64,000 bases of DNA from an uncultured Spirochaetota bacterium (GCA_963745235.1 CAVUXE010000054.1:1-64000); one strand, 5' to 3'. Positions 39,417 through 50,978 are shown, counted from the first letter of the stretch. Translations and numbers: made by a program. The notes: a model not told the origin generated them from the letters alone.

Positions 39417-40457
39417 TCAGGCGAGCCCGAAGAGCCGTCTCCTGAAACCGAGGGAGACGCGGACAAGTCCAATCATCACGGGCACTTCAACCAGCGGACC
39501 GATCACAGCCGCAAAGGCCACCCCGGATCCGATGCCGAAGACTGCGACGGAGACCGCAATGGCGAGCTCGAAGTTGTTGCTTCCGGCCGTAAAAGAGAGT
39601 GTCGCGGTCTTCCCGTAGTCCGTTCCTATCGCCCGGCTCATGAAGAAGCTGAGGAAGAACATGACGCTGAAGTAGATGAGGAGCGGTACGGCAATCCGAA
39701 GGACGTCCAGCGGAATCTGCACGATCAGGCTCCCCTTGAGACTGAACATCACGATGATGGTGAAAAGGAGGGCCACAAGGGTAAGGGGGCTGATGCGCGG
39801 TATGAAGCGGCCGTGGTACCACTCCCTGCCCTTTGCGCGCACCAGAACGAATCGGGTAATGAACCCGGCGACAAACGGTATCCCGAGGTAGATGAATACG
39901 CTTCTGGCAATCTGCCCGATTGTGACATTGACGGTTGTGCCCGGCAGTCCGAACACCGGAAGCAGAACAGTTATGAAAAGCCATGCGTACACGCTGTAGA
40001 ACAGGACCTGGAAGATGCTGTTGAAGGCAACCAGGCCTGCCGCATATTCGGCGTCACCTTTGGCAAGGTCGTTCCATACGATGACCATCGCGATGCACCT
40101 CGCGAGACCGATCATGATCAGCCCCGTCATGTAGGCGGGGTATCCCCTGAGGAAGGCGACGGCAAGGACGAACATCAGGATCGGGCCGATCACCCAGTTC
40201 TGGACAAGAGAAAGGCCGAGCACCTTCACGTTCCTGAAGACATCACCGAGCTCTTCGTAGCGCACTTTTGCCAGCGGCGGGTACATCATCAGGATCAGCC
40301 CGATGGCGATGGGGATGTTCGTCGTCCCGACCTGGAAACGGTTGATGAAGGGGACAACGGCAGGCACGCCCCAGCCGAGAGCCACTCCCGCGGCCATGGC
40401 CAGGAAGATCCACAAGGTCAAAAAACGGTCAAGGAACGACAGTCTGCCGCTCTTCAT
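39417..40457 (-). CDS. acr3: Acr3 arsenite efflux permease
   Basis: [39 protein letters not shown]. Confidence 0.95.
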   Translation of the reverse strand: MKSGRLSFLDRFLTLWIFLAMAAGVALGWGVPAVVPFINRFQVGTTNIPIAIGLILMMYPPLAKVRYEELGDVFRNVKVLGLSLVQNWVIGPILMFVLAVAFLRGYPAYMTGLIMIGLARCIAMVIVWNDLAKGDAEYAAGLVAFNSIFQVLFYSVYAWLFITVLLPVFGLPGTTVNVTIGQIARSVFIYLGIPFVAGFITRFVLVRAKGREWYHGRFIPRISPLTLVALLFTIIVMFSLKGSLIVQIPLDVLRIAVPLLIYFSVMFFLSFFMSRAIGTDYGKTATLSFTAGSNNFELAIAVSVAVFGIGSGVAFAAVIGPLVEVPVMIGLVRVSLGFRRRLFGLA

Positions 40458-40876
40458 TTCACACTCGCGACGAACTCTTTGACCTTCTCCCTGATGGAAT
40501 CTCTTACCTCCCGCACCTGCCTCATGACCTCCTCGTCACTGCCGGTGAACGTCGACGGATCCGGGTAGGACCACTGCAGCCGCACCGAACGTCCCGGAAA
40601 AATGGGACACCGGTCCGCCGCCTCTTTTGAGCAGACCGCAATGACGTAGTTGTAATACCTGCCTTGTTTGAAGAACTCGAAAACATCATTCGTTTGCTTC
40701 CCGGAGATGTCAATTCCCTCTTCCTGAAGCGCGCGAACGACGTAGGGGTTGAGCTTCCCGGCTTCCAGGCCCGCGCTTTCAACCTCGAATTTTCCGCCGC
40801 CGAGCTTCCTCAAATACGCCTCAGCCATCTGGCTTCTGGCGGAATTGTGCGTGCAGACAAACAGGACCCGCGGCAT
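40454..40876 (-). CDS. arsC: Arsenate reductase (LMW-PTP fold)
   Basis: [14 protein letters not shown]...A..CP.FPG, DP. Confidence 0.92.
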   Translation of the reverse strand: MPRVLFVCTHNSARSQMAEAYLRKLGGGKFEVESAGLEAGKLNPYVVRALQEEGIDISGKQTNDVFEFFKQGRYYNYVIAVCSKEAADRCPIFPGRSVRLQWSYPDPSTFTGSDEEVMRQVREVRDSIREKVKEFVASVK

Positions 40877-40894
40877 GGGCGCCTCCTCGATTAC

Positions 40895-40930
40895 TACATG
40901 AGTATATAGTCATATACAGCCGCGGGTCAA
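40895..40930 (-). promoter_or_regulatory. arsC-acr3 promoter with ArsR-type operator
   Basis: -35 TTGACC; 22-bp imperfect palindrome TACATGAGTATATAGTCATATA over the -10 region. Confidence 0.7.
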
Positions 40931-40935
40931 CCGGC

Positions 40936-41277
40936 TCAGCAGTGATTCCGAGAAGAATGCAGCCTCTTTGCCAGGCGGACACGGTCCGACTGCCAGACAG
41001 GATCCGCGTGGATGGCTTCGCACAAAGAATCCACGATTGGCCCATAGGGGTCCGGAAGCGCCTTGCGAGAGTAGTACGTGAACAAGGCCTTCTTCTGAGC
41101 GTTGACTATTCCGGCATGCCTGAGCTTTGCCAGGTGGCGGCTCAGGTTGGATTGGTTGAGCCTCAGGATCGCCTCCAGGTCGCAGACACACAGGGTCTTT
41201 TCGTGAAGGAGGTTCAGGATTCGAAGCCGGTTCGGGTCGGCAAGGGCTTTCAGGACCTCTGATACATCCATGATCAT
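40936..41277 (-). CDS. arsR: ArsR-family metalloregulator
   Basis: KALADPNRLRIL, LCVCDL, SRHL. Confidence 0.9.
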   Translation of the reverse strand: MIMDVSEVLKALADPNRLRILNLLHEKTLCVCDLEAILRLNQSNLSRHLAKLRHAGIVNAQKKALFTYYSRKALPDPYGPIVDSLCEAIHADPVWQSDRVRLAKRLHSSRNHC

Positions 41278-41651
41278 GCGGGTGACGTCACCGTTGCCCA
41301 CCTCTCGGCGATCTTGTCTCCTTCAAGCCGCCGTTCCACAAACCCATCGAACTCCACCTGCTTGCCCGTTTGCGCCTTCGTCCTGTTCCACCTGTTGCGG
41401 CAGACCACCTTGTCTGCCTCTGCAATCATGTCCTCGATGGAGACGCGCAGGTCCGGCATTGCCGAATGCATTGCCCGCATCATCTGTTCGTCTCCCGCAA
41501 CGTCGGTGGGCCTGCCTCCGGGGCCATCGTGGTCGTAAAAGTCCAGAGTCATGTTGCTGCGAATGACCTCCGCCTTCTTGTTGTTCACGAAGTCCTCGAA
41601 ATGCTGGCGAACGATCGCCTTCATCCTGTCCGTCGTGAGGGTGGTGGCCAT
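41274..41651 (-). CDS. SnoaL-like ester cyclase
   Basis: FYDHD, AMPDLRVSIEDMIAEADKV, KIAERWA. Confidence 0.85.
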   Translation of the reverse strand: MATTLTTDRMKAIVRQHFEDFVNNKKAEVIRSNMTLDFYDHDGPGGRPTDVAGDEQMMRAMHSAMPDLRVSIEDMIAEADKVVCRNRWNRTKAQTGKQVEFDGFVERRLEGDKIAERWATVTSPA

Positions 41652-41817
41652 CAGGTTCCTCCTGGAGAAGCGCAAGCCGTTTTTCCAACCCCGCCTTTCA
41701 GGCTCCCGAATGCTCGCCTGAAGAGATGACGGTAGCGCCAGCCCGCATGGCACAACAAGCAATTGTCTCGCAGCGAAAAACCCAGGGCCGTGTCGTGCAA
41801 CGACTGGGCAGCCACGG

Positions 41818-42546
41818 CTATTTGAGCTTCAGCAAGACCCGCACGTTGGTCACGATATCCGCAGGGGTTGCGTCCGCATCCATCCCCACCCGGATCATGC
41901 CTCTCTTGTCCACCATCCAGAATGGAGCTGAATGACCAACGTCGTAACCACCGCCAAATTGCTGAACGATCTGACCAACGAGGGTAAGGTCATCTGAGCT
42001 CAGACCCTGTGTCGGCGGCTTGTCCATGGCCATTGCGCCTTTATCTTCCTTTGGTGGCGCTACGGCGTCTGTGTCAGGATCCACGGTCACCCCGATTGCG
42101 TAGCTCGCCCATACGGCTTGCACCGCCTTCGCAGTTCCTCCAACAAAATGCCAAACGTTTTCCAATCCGAGCGCCTTGCTATACGGGAGCGTGACTGCCG
42201 GGACGTCCCTCTTGGGATCAGTAGTGACTGCAACAAAAGTCATCCTATTTGCGTCAGGCCCAAGCTGTTGGTAGACCTCTTTCACTTTGGCCGCTATAAA
42301 GGGGCAAATGTCGGTGCAATGGGTGTAGATGAAGCACATCACTACAACTTTGCCCTTCTGTTCCGACATACGGAACGGGAGACCGTTTTGATCGGTGAGT
42401 GTGAAATCGGCCGCCGGCTGCGGCTGCTGCACCATGTTATTGACGAGCCCCATGACAGGCTGCTGCTCACCGCCACCCATCGCGGAAGCCGGAATGATAA
42501 CGCAGCACAGAAGGACCGAAACAATGACGAGCCTTGTTGACCTCAA
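41818..42546 (-). CDS. SCO1/SenC-family protein
   Basis: FTLTDQNG, FIYTHCTDICP, DP.RD, HS; signal peptide. Confidence 0.9.
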   Translation of the reverse strand: MRSTRLVIVSVLLCCVIIPASAMGGGEQQPVMGLVNNMVQQPQPAADFTLTDQNGLPFRMSEQKGKVVVMCFIYTHCTDICPFIAAKVKEVYQQLGPDANRMTFVAVTTDPKRDVPAVTLPYSKALGLENVWHFVGGTAKAVQAVWASYAIGVTVDPDTDAVAPPKEDKGAMAMDKPPTQGLSSDDLTLVGQIVQQFGGGYDVGHSAPFWMVDKRGMIRVGMDADATPADIVTNVRVLLKLK

Positions 42547-42662
42547 TTTCTTTGCCCTCCGTTACTCGAAAGATACCATTGGTTTGACTGAAGAAAAAGT
42601 TCCCCATGCGCAATATGCTTCGACCGCCCTTCGGTTTGCCTTCTTCTTGGAGAACTAATAAA

Positions 42663-42676
42663 TTAGGAGTGACTAA
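42663..42676. promoter_or_regulatory. DtxR/MntR-type operator
   Basis: TTAGGAGTGACTAA resembles the TTAGG-N4-CCTAA box, directly upstream of mntR. Confidence 0.65.
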
Positions 42677-42702
42677 CATTGTGTCTTTAGAGGAGCTGAA
42701 CC

Positions 42703-43392
42703 ATGTCTGAGACAGCGCTTTCAGGGGCTCTTCAGGATTACCTCAGGGCCATCTATTGCCTGGAAAGGGAGGCGGGAGGGGTTTCAACTTCGCTCCTGGC
42801 AGAGAGACTCGGCGTGTCCCAGCCTTCGGTGACGAGTATGCTGAAGAAGCTCGCGTCGCGAAAGCTTATCTCGTATACGCCCTACCTTTCTGTCACCCTC
42901 ACCATGGCGGGCGAGCGGTTTGCCCTTGAAATGGTGCGCCACCATCGCCTCATCGAAACGTACCTGCAGCGCGCGCTGGGGTTTGGCCTCGAGGCTCTTG
43001 ACGACGAAGCAGACAGACTCGAGCATGCTATCTCCGAAAAGCTGGAAGAGAAAATCGACGAGGTGCTGGGGCGCCCAGCCTTTGACCCTCACGGTTCGCC
43101 GATCCCTGGCCGTGATGGACGTATTAGCGAAAGGGACCTGGTGCCGCTTGCCTCGCTGGGCTCGGGAGAGAGCGCGGTAGTCAGCCAGCTCATCTGCAGA
43201 GACCCCAAGCAGCTGCGGCATCTGGAATCTATCGGGCTCGTGCCAGGCGCCGTGGTGAGAGTGAAGGTTGCCGATAGTGGCAGTGGCATCATGAGGCTCC
43301 AACTTGATTCGAGCGTCGACGAGCCGGTCGGAGAGAGTATTGCCTGCTGCGTGCTGGTCTCCAAGACACAGGTCAGTCTCAAGAAAGGATAG
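42703..43392 (+). CDS. mntR: DtxR/MntR metal-dependent repressor with FeoA domain
   Basis: QDYL..IY, RHHRLIE, EAD.LEHA, DPHGSPIP. Confidence 0.9.
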   Translation: MSETALSGALQDYLRAIYCLEREAGGVSTSLLAERLGVSQPSVTSMLKKLASRKLISYTPYLSVTLTMAGERFALEMVRHHRLIETYLQRALGFGLEALDDEADRLEHAISEKLEEKIDEVLGRPAFDPHGSPIPGRDGRISERDLVPLASLGSGESAVVSQLICRDPKQLRHLESIGLVPGAVVRVKVADSGSGIMRLQLDSSVDEPVGESIACCVLVSKTQVSLKKG

Positions 43393-43398
43393 GCTCAC

Positions 43399-44725
43399 AT
43401 GGCAGACGTAAGAGCTGGTGGAGCTGCGAGTGCTCCTCATCCCAAGCTTCAGCGCGCAGCCCGCGAAGCGATCGAAGGCAGGCGCCGCGGTCTTCTCCGT
43501 GTGCTGCCTTTCATCGGCCCGGCTTTCATTGCTTCGATTGCCTACATAGACCCGGGCAATTTTGCGACCAACATCCAGGGCGGGGCGCAGTTCGGCTACG
43601 CCTTGCTGTGGGTCATCCTGCTGGCCAACCTGATGGCCATGCTTATTCAGAGTCTCTCGGCAAAGCTGGGCATCGCTACTGGAATGAATCTCGCCGAGAT
43701 GTGCCGAGCGCGTTTCGTTCCGTGGGTATGCTATGCGCTTTGGATAACCCAGGAAGTTACGGCAATGGCGACCGATCTCGCCGAGTTCCTCGGTGCTGCC
43801 ATCGGCATTGACCTGCTTTTTCACGTTCCGATGTTTTGGGCCGCTGGAATCACAGGAGTGGCGGTTTTCATCATTTTGGGCGTCACACAGCGCGGTTTTC
43901 GCGGACTGGAGATCTTCATCGGTGGGGCGGCAGGCATAATCGCCTTCTGCTATCTGATCGAGACGATCATGGCCAAGCCCGACTGGGGCCAGATCGCTTT
44001 CCACAGCTTCGTTCCGAGCCTCCCGGGGAGCGACGCAGTCCTGCTTTCCGTGGGGATAATAGGGGCGACGGTCATGCCGCACGTGATCTACCTTCACTCG
44101 GCGTTGACGCAGCATCGGATCGTGGCTCTGGATGAAAAAGAGAAGCGGCGCATCTTTGGATTTGAGAAAATCGATGTTGTGATCGCCATGGCAATAGCAG
44201 GTCTGGTGAACATGGCGATGCTGTTCATGGCAGCCAAGGTATTCCACTTCACCGGCCACGCAGATGTTGCGGACATCAATACCGCCTATCAGACCCTTGG
44301 ACCCCTGCTCGGTGGAGGTGCGGCCTTGATTTTTGGCATCTCGCTGTTTGCCTCGGGAATCTCCAGCTCCCATGTCGGGACCATGGCAGGACAGGTTGTG
44401 ATGCAGGGATTTGTGGGTTTTCGGATCCCGGTCTGGATACGGCGGCTGGCAACAATGATTCCCGCGTTGCTTGCAATCGCTCTTGGACTCGACCCGACGA
44501 GGACGCTTGTCTTAAGCCAGGTCGTGCTGAGCTTCACCTCTGCCGATCCCCGTTATCACTCTGATCATGTTCACTCGTAACCGCAAGCTCATGGGAACCC
44601 TCGTCAATCGACGCGCAACGAATGTGCTTGCAATTCTGTGTGCGACAGTCATCCTCGTGTTGAATGTGGTTCTGCTGTACCAGACTTTCGGCGGACAGTT
44701 CCCCGGCATGGGCGGGGGTAGCTAG
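43399..44725 (+). CDS. mntH: Nramp Mn2+/Fe2+ transporter, frameshift near 44540
   Basis: DPGN, GATVMPH, GTMAGQ; C-terminus continues to TAG at 44725. Confidence 0.92.
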
Positions 44726-44772
44726 TGAAAACGCAAAGACCGGCAACCAGATCTTCTCGGGAGGGCAACGCG

Positions 44773-45747
44773 ATGTTCAAGCACATTCTTGTCCCCCTTG
44801 ACGGCTCGCGATTGGCGGAATCGGCTTTGGGAATCGTTGCTTCCCTGGCAAAGCGGTTGAAGGCTTCTGTGACCCTTCTCCATCTGATTGAGAAGGATGC
44901 GCCTTCGGAGGTCCACAACGAGAGACATTTGGTCACCGAAGATGAGGCTTCGGCGTACCTGGATGAAGTCGCGCACCTGTCGGTTCTGGCTGGAATACGC
45001 GTGTCGACTCATGTGCACGCGTCGCTCGTGAGTGACGTCGCCAAAAGCATAAAGGAACATTCGGAAGAGCTTGCTCCTGATCTGATTGTCATGAGCACTC
45101 ATGGGAGGGGAGGGGCCCAACGGCTTCTGTTCGGGAACCTCGCTCAGCAAGTCACGGCACAAGGAAAGACCCCAGTTCTGGTAGTGCGTCCCCCTGAGGG
45201 CTCTCAAAATATGACCGCAAACGCGGACTGGCGCATGATCCTGGCTCCAATCGACGCTGAGCCATCGCATGAGATGAGCTTGTTGTTCGCATCCGATCTT
45301 GCTCTCGCTTTTCACTGCCGATTGCAGCTTCTGATGGTTGTGCCAACGCTGGCCAGGCTCAGTGGATTCCAGGGGGCGTTCGGGCTTTTTTTGCCGGGGA
45401 CGACGCGCGTCACGTTGGAAATCGAAAGCTCTGCCGCGCGAGACTACCTGGTGACCAAGGAGAAGGAGTTACACGAGAAAGGGGTCCGTACCGGAAGTGA
45501 GGTCGGACGAGGGAAGGCAGCACGGGTGATTTCCAAAGCGGCTGAACGTCTTTCGGCGGACCTCATCGTGATAGGCACTCATGGCAGAGCGGGGGCTGAA
45601 GCATTCTGGGCCGGAAGCGTTGCTGCCCAGGTGGTGTCACGCACGCATATCCCGCTTCTCCTCTTGCCTCTTGCCGCAACAGAGGAAGGCAAGCCGTCAC
45701 AAGACCGTGGCAGGCCAAGTGTTCATCCCCCAGGTGGAATATTGTGA
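44773..45747 (+). CDS. Tandem universal stress protein
   Basis: ILVPLDGS, DLIVMSTHGRGG, DLIVIGTHGRAG. Confidence 0.92.
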   Translation: MFKHILVPLDGSRLAESALGIVASLAKRLKASVTLLHLIEKDAPSEVHNERHLVTEDEASAYLDEVAHLSVLAGIRVSTHVHASLVSDVAKSIKEHSEELAPDLIVMSTHGRGGAQRLLFGNLAQQVTAQGKTPVLVVRPPEGSQNMTANADWRMILAPIDAEPSHEMSLLFASDLALAFHCRLQLLMVVPTLARLSGFQGAFGLFLPGTTRVTLEIESSAARDYLVTKEKELHEKGVRTGSEVGRGKAARVISKAAERLSADLIVIGTHGRAGAEAFWAGSVAAQVVSRTHIPLLLLPLAATEEGKPSQDRGRPSVHPPGGIL

Positions 45748-45898
45748 ACGAAAGGAGGTTTCTCATGAGTTGAGCTGTTGAGCTGTTCTGACGATATTCG
45801 AACATGAAAGGTCGCCGTTTCGCTATCGCTGTGGTTCCGCTGATTCGTTCATCGGTTTTTCTGTATTTTCATAGGAGTGTGGCGGCGGAGGAACGAGC

Positions 45899-46909
45899 GT
45901 GAAGAAGCAATTGGTATTCCTCGCGGTATGCATTTTCCTCGCTTCTGACATTTTCGCCCAGGACTTTTCTGAGCTTGTCAAGACAGGAACGCCTCAGGAG
46001 ATACGCGAAGCGCTTTCCAACGGCGCAAATGCTGAGGTGACTGACTTTCCGTTCTGGACTGTCGGACAATTTCACTCTGAAGCGGCGCACCAATACCAGA
46101 TTGAAACGGAAGGCCTGACGCCTCTGATGCTCGCGGCTGCCTTCAATTCTGACCCTAAGGTCATCCCCGTGCTGTTGACTGCTGGGGCAAGAATCGAGGA
46201 AAAGGATTACGAGGGCGGGACTCCCTTGATGTGGGCAGCAGAGTACAACTCGAACCCGGCGGTCATCTCTGCCCTCCTGGACGCCGGAGCAACAGTTGAT
46301 GACCGGACAACGATGGATGCGACGGCGTTGATGCTTGCCGCCAAGAACAACCAGAACCCGGAGGTCATTTCGACCCTCCAGCGGGCGGGCGCAAATATCG
46401 AAGCGCGAGACGCGGACGGATATACACCTCTGATGTGGGCCGCGGAAAACAATCCCAACCCGGCAATCATTTTCGCCCTTGTGAAGGCAGGAGCGAAGAT
46501 CGACGATGTGACCACTGACGGCTGGACACCCTTGACCTTTGCAATAGTGAACACCAGGAATCCCACGGTCGTCACTGCCCTCCTGGACGCAGGAGCAAAG
46601 GTTGATACCAGGTCACCGGCTGGCTGGACACCGTTGATGTCCGCGGCAATGAGCGCTTCCAACCCTGAGATCATCTCTATTCTTTTGAAGGCAGGAGCGA
46701 TCGTCAACGACAATAGCACGAGTGGTGCGACGCCTCTGATTTTGGCGGCTCGCTTCAACGAGAATCCCCAGATTATCCCCGTCTTGCTGAAAGCGGGGGC
46801 AGACATGAGTCTGAAAGACAACTTTGGAAAGACAGCCCTCGATTACGTTGAGGAGAACCGGGGGGTGAAGGGAACGCAGCGATACGAAGAGCTGAAAAGG
46901 AGACGGTAG
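45899..46909 (+). CDS. Secreted ankyrin-repeat protein
   Basis: Signal peptide; about 7 repeats of G.TPLM.AA..N.NP.VI..LL.AGA. Confidence 0.92.
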   Translation: MKKQLVFLAVCIFLASDIFAQDFSELVKTGTPQEIREALSNGANAEVTDFPFWTVGQFHSEAAHQYQIETEGLTPLMLAAAFNSDPKVIPVLLTAGARIEEKDYEGGTPLMWAAEYNSNPAVISALLDAGATVDDRTTMDATALMLAAKNNQNPEVISTLQRAGANIEARDADGYTPLMWAAENNPNPAIIFALVKAGAKIDDVTTDGWTPLTFAIVNTRNPTVVTALLDAGAKVDTRSPAGWTPLMSAAMSASNPEIISILLKAGAIVNDNSTSGATPLILAARFNENPQIIPVLLKAGADMSLKDNFGKTALDYVEENRGVKGTQRYEELKRRR

Positions 46910-46976
46910 TTTCTGACCTTGCCTCCTCTCGCTGTTTCAAGCAAACCGCGGAAAGGCAAAATAACCGCGGATAGTC

Positions 46977-47372
46977 CTAGGGGGCCGCCTCAGGCATGGG
47001 CAGCGCGCTTCCGGGAAAGCTGAGGCATGGATGGACGCTGAAAGTGAACACGCCGGCTTTCACGCCGGGATCATCAGCGTAGATCCGCTGGACCTCTTCA
47101 GGACTTGCGTCGAAGATGCCCACGCCCACGACGCCGCTGCCATCCGCGATCCGACAGACTATTGGCATGAGGCCGGCGGCGCGAAGGGCCATGTTGCGCT
47201 TGCCGTGCTGCATGACGATTGCCGTGACCTCCGGGTCGCGATTCGGGCCTGGCGGCTTGAACTGGGGGCCCGCTTTCAGGATCACGACAGTGTAGGGCCT
47301 GCTTTCCTTCAGAGTTTCCCGGATCTGCTGCTCGGTGATCTCGGGAAGACCGGCATCATTCACGTACTTCAT
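46977..47372 (-). CDS. YCII-related protein
   Basis: DPGVKAGVF tail typical of YCII folds. Confidence 0.6.
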   Translation of the reverse strand: MKYVNDAGLPEITEQQIRETLKESRPYTVVILKAGPQFKPPGPNRDPEVTAIVMQHGKRNMALRAAGLMPIVCRIADGSGVVGVGIFDASPEEVQRIYADDPGVKAGVFTFSVHPCLSFPGSALPMPEAAP

Positions 47373-47480
47373 GTTTCGCTTCTCGCTTTAGAATAGCCAC
47401 GCTCACGCGTCGCTGGCAACAGCCGTTCGGAGGCCCGACATCCGCGCTGGGCGCTCGTTGTGCCGGGCACCCTGGCGGTG

Positions 47481-48275
47481 TCAGCGAGGGCCCGCCCTCT
47501 CGGCTTCCACTTCCAACCGCGCCATCCTGACAACCACTTCCCCCTGCCGCGTCACGGGATGGGCGGCAATGTAGCGGTCCGCAACCTCTGCCAGGAAACG
47601 CTCGCGCAGATCAGCGGGAAGGCACTCCGTGTACGGCATCCATGTGGTCCTCAGCCAGCCCAGGAGCCCTTCGCGGCCTTTGTGCTTCATGTCGCGCGGG
47701 ATGAGATCCACGCGGCGTGACACGAGGCCAGACTGGCCCAGCAACGCCTCGTACTCCCGTGGCCCGAAAAATGCCCACGGGAACTGGAACCGGAGAAAGT
47801 ACTGCCGCCAGGCATCCTCCCGAATGACGTCGGAAGCGACGGAGAAGACTTCTTCACCGTTCCCTTTGCCGCCCATCTGGAACAGGAGCCTGCCCCCAGG
47901 CTTCAAGCTTTGCGTGACGCCGCGCAGCAGCGCGCCATGATCCTTGACCCAGTGCAAAGCAGCGTTGGAGAAAATCACATCGAAGCGATTCTCGAAGGCC
48001 AGCGCGCTCGCATCCATGACCATGAAAGAAATGCCCGGAAGGGAAGGCCGCCCGCGCTTTCCTGATCATGTCCTTCGAGCTGTCCACGCCGAGGACTCCC
48101 CCCGGGGCACCCGACGCGCCAGCTCGGCCGTGACCTTGCCATCCCCGCAGCCGATGTCCAGGATTTGCTCGTCACCCGCCAGCGCGAGCTTCCCCATCAG
48201 CTCAAGGGCCCACTGGAACTGCCCGGCCGAGTTTCGCGCGTACTCCTCCGCGTTCCAGCGATACTGCTCAGCCAT
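47481..48275 (-). CDS. Class I methyltransferase (Tam-like), frameshifts near 48040-48100
   Basis: ILDIGCGDG, FDVIFSNAALHW, LKPGG. Confidence 0.85.
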
Positions 48276-48753
48276 GCGCCCTCGACGGTTGCTCGCCTTT
48301 CAAACGGGCGTATTCGATGAGCGTCAGTGCGATGAGGAGCGCATCCAGCACGGAGAGGGCAATGAGGAACGTGGAGTGAGTCGAGGTCCAGCGGAATACC
48401 TGGTAGGCGATGAAGACCCCCAGGACGGCGACAGCCACCGGGTAGGCCCAGAGCTTCCGCCTCCAGAGGAGGAGAACCAGGACCACCTTCACGAGGCCGT
48501 GGGAAAGCAGGTAGAAGACGCCGAACTGCTGGGCGTCCACGGTGTAGCGCTGGCCCAGGCCCACCAGGAGATTGGCGATGTAGTCCTGCGGGTCCTCGGC
48601 AAGCTCGTTCTGCGTCAGGACCTGGATCCACGTGTCCAGCGTGGCGGGCTTGATGAACCAGAGGAGCACGCCGCCAATCACTTCCAACCCCGCGTGGATG
48701 CCCTTGAGCAGGATGGCGACCTCGAACCCGACGTGAAAGATGGCCTTTTTCAC
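48268..48753 (-). CDS. DUF2127 membrane protein
   Basis: KG....E..GG, ELAEDP.D, YLLSHG.VK, WAYP. Confidence 0.85.
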   Translation of the reverse strand: MKKAIFHVGFEVAILLKGIHAGLEVIGGVLLWFIKPATLDTWIQVLTQNELAEDPQDYIANLLVGLGQRYTVDAQQFGVFYLLSHGLVKVVLVLLLWRRKLWAYPVAVAVLGVFIAYQVFRWTSTHSTFLIALSVLDALLIALTLIEYARLKGEQPSRAHG

Positions 48754-50000
48754 TTTTTCAGTTTCCTGACGGCGTCGACCAGCCGCTGCACCTCTTCCAT
48801 CGTGTTGTAATGCACCGCACCCACGCGGACCATTCCGCCCGTCGGCTCCAGGCCCAGGCGCGTTGTGACCTCAAGCGCGTAGTAGTTCCCATCCGATGCG
48901 CAGATGCCCTGCCTGTCCAGCTCTTCGCAGATGCGCCGCGGGTGCATCCCCTCAAGAGTGAACGCGAAGGTTGGCGCCCTGTCTCCAAGACGCCCTGGGT
49001 CCGTGATGCCGTGGATCTTCAGTCCTTCTATGGAGGAGAGCCCTTCCAGCATTGCCCTGCCGAGCTTCGATTCCCACGCGCGGATGGCGCACATGCCCGC
49101 TTTGAGAAAGGCTGAGCGTGACGAGACGGGGCCCGGCACGGCGGCCCCGCCGAATGTCTTTCCCACCCACGCCAGGTATTCCACCGCCCCCATGGCCCCG
49201 GCGATGGACTCGAAGCTCTGGGTTCCCGTCTCCCACTTGTCAGGAGGAGCGTCTCCGGCAGGCCGCACTTTGTAGGCGAAGAGGCGCTCCATGAGATCGT
49301 GTTTCCCGTACATGACCCCAATGTGCGGGCCGAAGAACTTGTACGCCGAGCAGACAAGCAGGTCGCAGCCAAGCGCCGCGACGTCCACGGGCCCGTGCGG
49401 GGCAAAATGCACCGCGTCCACGAAGCAGAGCGCACCCGTTTTGTGCGCAATCTGCACTGCCCGGGCAACTGGTGAGATCGTGCCCGTTGCGTTGGAGGCA
49501 AAGCCGACGGCCACGACCTTTGTACGGGGGCCAACCTGCTTTTCCAGGTCCTGCGCGCTCCATGCGCAGCTGGCCGGATCGAAGTCCACCCACTTCACGA
49601 CGCATCCTTTGTCTCGCGCGATCAGGACCCAGGGCGTCACGTTTGCGTCATGGTCCAGCCGGGTCACGACGATCTCATCTCCCGGAGAAAGCTCGCGGGC
49701 CAGGCTGCGCGATACGTGCAGGGTCAGGGACGTCATGTTCTGTCCGAAGGAGATCTCATCCGGCCGCGCGGCGCCAAGGAAATCAGCAAGCGCGCCTCGC
49801 GCCTCCGCCACCATTTCATCCGACTCCCGGCTCGAGCGGAAGGCCCCGCCGTGATTTGCGTTCCTGTGAACCAGGTAATCATTCATACGGTCAATCGACT
49901 CTTTGCAGATCTGCGTCCCGGCCGGGTTGTCGAAATGAATGACCCCCGACTCAAGGGCCGGGAAATGAGAGCGCACCGCCTTCTGATCCATCTCCATCAT
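48750..50000 (-). CDS. Cysteine desulfurase-like protein (class V aminotransferase)
   Basis: FDNPAGTQ, LDHDAN, DAVH.APH, SAYKFFGPH. Confidence 0.9.
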   Translation of the reverse strand: MMEMDQKAVRSHFPALESGVIHFDNPAGTQICKESIDRMNDYLVHRNANHGGAFRSSRESDEMVAEARGALADFLGAARPDEISFGQNMTSLTLHVSRSLARELSPGDEIVVTRLDHDANVTPWVLIARDKGCVVKWVDFDPASCAWSAQDLEKQVGPRTKVVAVGFASNATGTISPVARAVQIAHKTGALCFVDAVHFAPHGPVDVAALGCDLLVCSAYKFFGPHIGVMYGKHDLMERLFAYKVRPAGDAPPDKWETGTQSFESIAGAMGAVEYLAWVGKTFGGAAVPGPVSSRSAFLKAGMCAIRAWESKLGRAMLEGLSSIEGLKIHGITDPGRLGDRAPTFAFTLEGMHPRRICEELDRQGICASDGNYYALEVTTRLGLEPTGGMVRVGAVHYNTMEEVQRLVDAVRKLKK

Positions 50001-50978
50001 ATCTCCTTCCACCGTCTGCAGGCCGCCTGGTGCCCCGGGCCCACCGGGACAAGGCCGGGCTCTGGCGCAGTTCTGCATTCATCAGTTGCAAAGATGCACC
50101 GCGGGTGGAATCTGCATCCCCGCGGGATTGCCGCCGCTGAGGGAATCTCCCCGCGGATGGGAAGCTCCCGGAGAGTGCCGACCCTGCCGGGCGAAGGCTC
50201 GGAGACCGCGGAGATCAGGGCCCGGGTGTAGGGGTGGGCGGGCCTGTCCACGATGTCATCCGGTGGTGCCCACCTCCACGATCCTGCCAAGGTACATGAC
50301 GGCGAGCCTGTCTGTGAAGAACCGTGCCGTGGAAATGTCGTGGGTGATGTAGAGGTAGCTGAGCGCTCGCGCTCTCTGGACCTTCCTCATCATGGAAAGG
50401 ATCTCCGCGCGTGTGGAGAGATCGATCATGGATACCGGCTCGTCGGCCACCAGCAGCGTGGGTGAAAGGATGAGCGTCCGCGCCGTGGCGACGCGCTGGC
50501 GCTGTCCGCCTGACAGCATGTGGGGAAACCTGTCCAGGTAGTCTTCGACCGGCACGAGCTTTACCTCGGACAGGGCCGCGCGCACCATCTCTTCCCGCTC
50601 GGAGCGGTTGCTGCCCATGCGATGGATGGTCAGGGGCTCCCGCAGGACATCCCGGATTCGAAACCGCGGATTCATGGAGGCGTACGGGTCCTGGAATATC
50701 ATCTGCGCCCGCCGTCGGTAGGCCGCGGTCTCCGCCCTGCCGGCCCGGGTGATGCTCCGGCCTTCGAAGAGGATCTCACCTGCGGTGGGGGAAAGCAGCT
50801 TCACGACCAGCCTGCCCGTGGTGGTCTTGCCGCACCCGGATTCCCCGATCAGCCCGAGGATCTCCCCGCGCCGTATCTCGAAGCTCACACCGTCCACCGC
50901 GCGGATCACGTGCCTTCCGCGCCGGGCAGTGAAATGCATGGAAAGGTCCTTGACCGAGAGGACCGGCTGCGCCGGCAT
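49997..50978 (-). CDS. Peptide ABC transporter ATPase (OppF-like), frameshift near 50260
   Basis: [32 protein letters not shown]. Confidence 0.9.

Noticed and set aside
42784-44373. Long antisense ORFs (also 27919-29082, 51005-52111, 55239-56423, 59643-61118)
   Set aside because: Shadow frames of well-supported genes, expected in high-GC DNA.
45899-46909. DNA-level periodicity near 102 bp
   Set aside because: Explained by ankyrin protein repeats.
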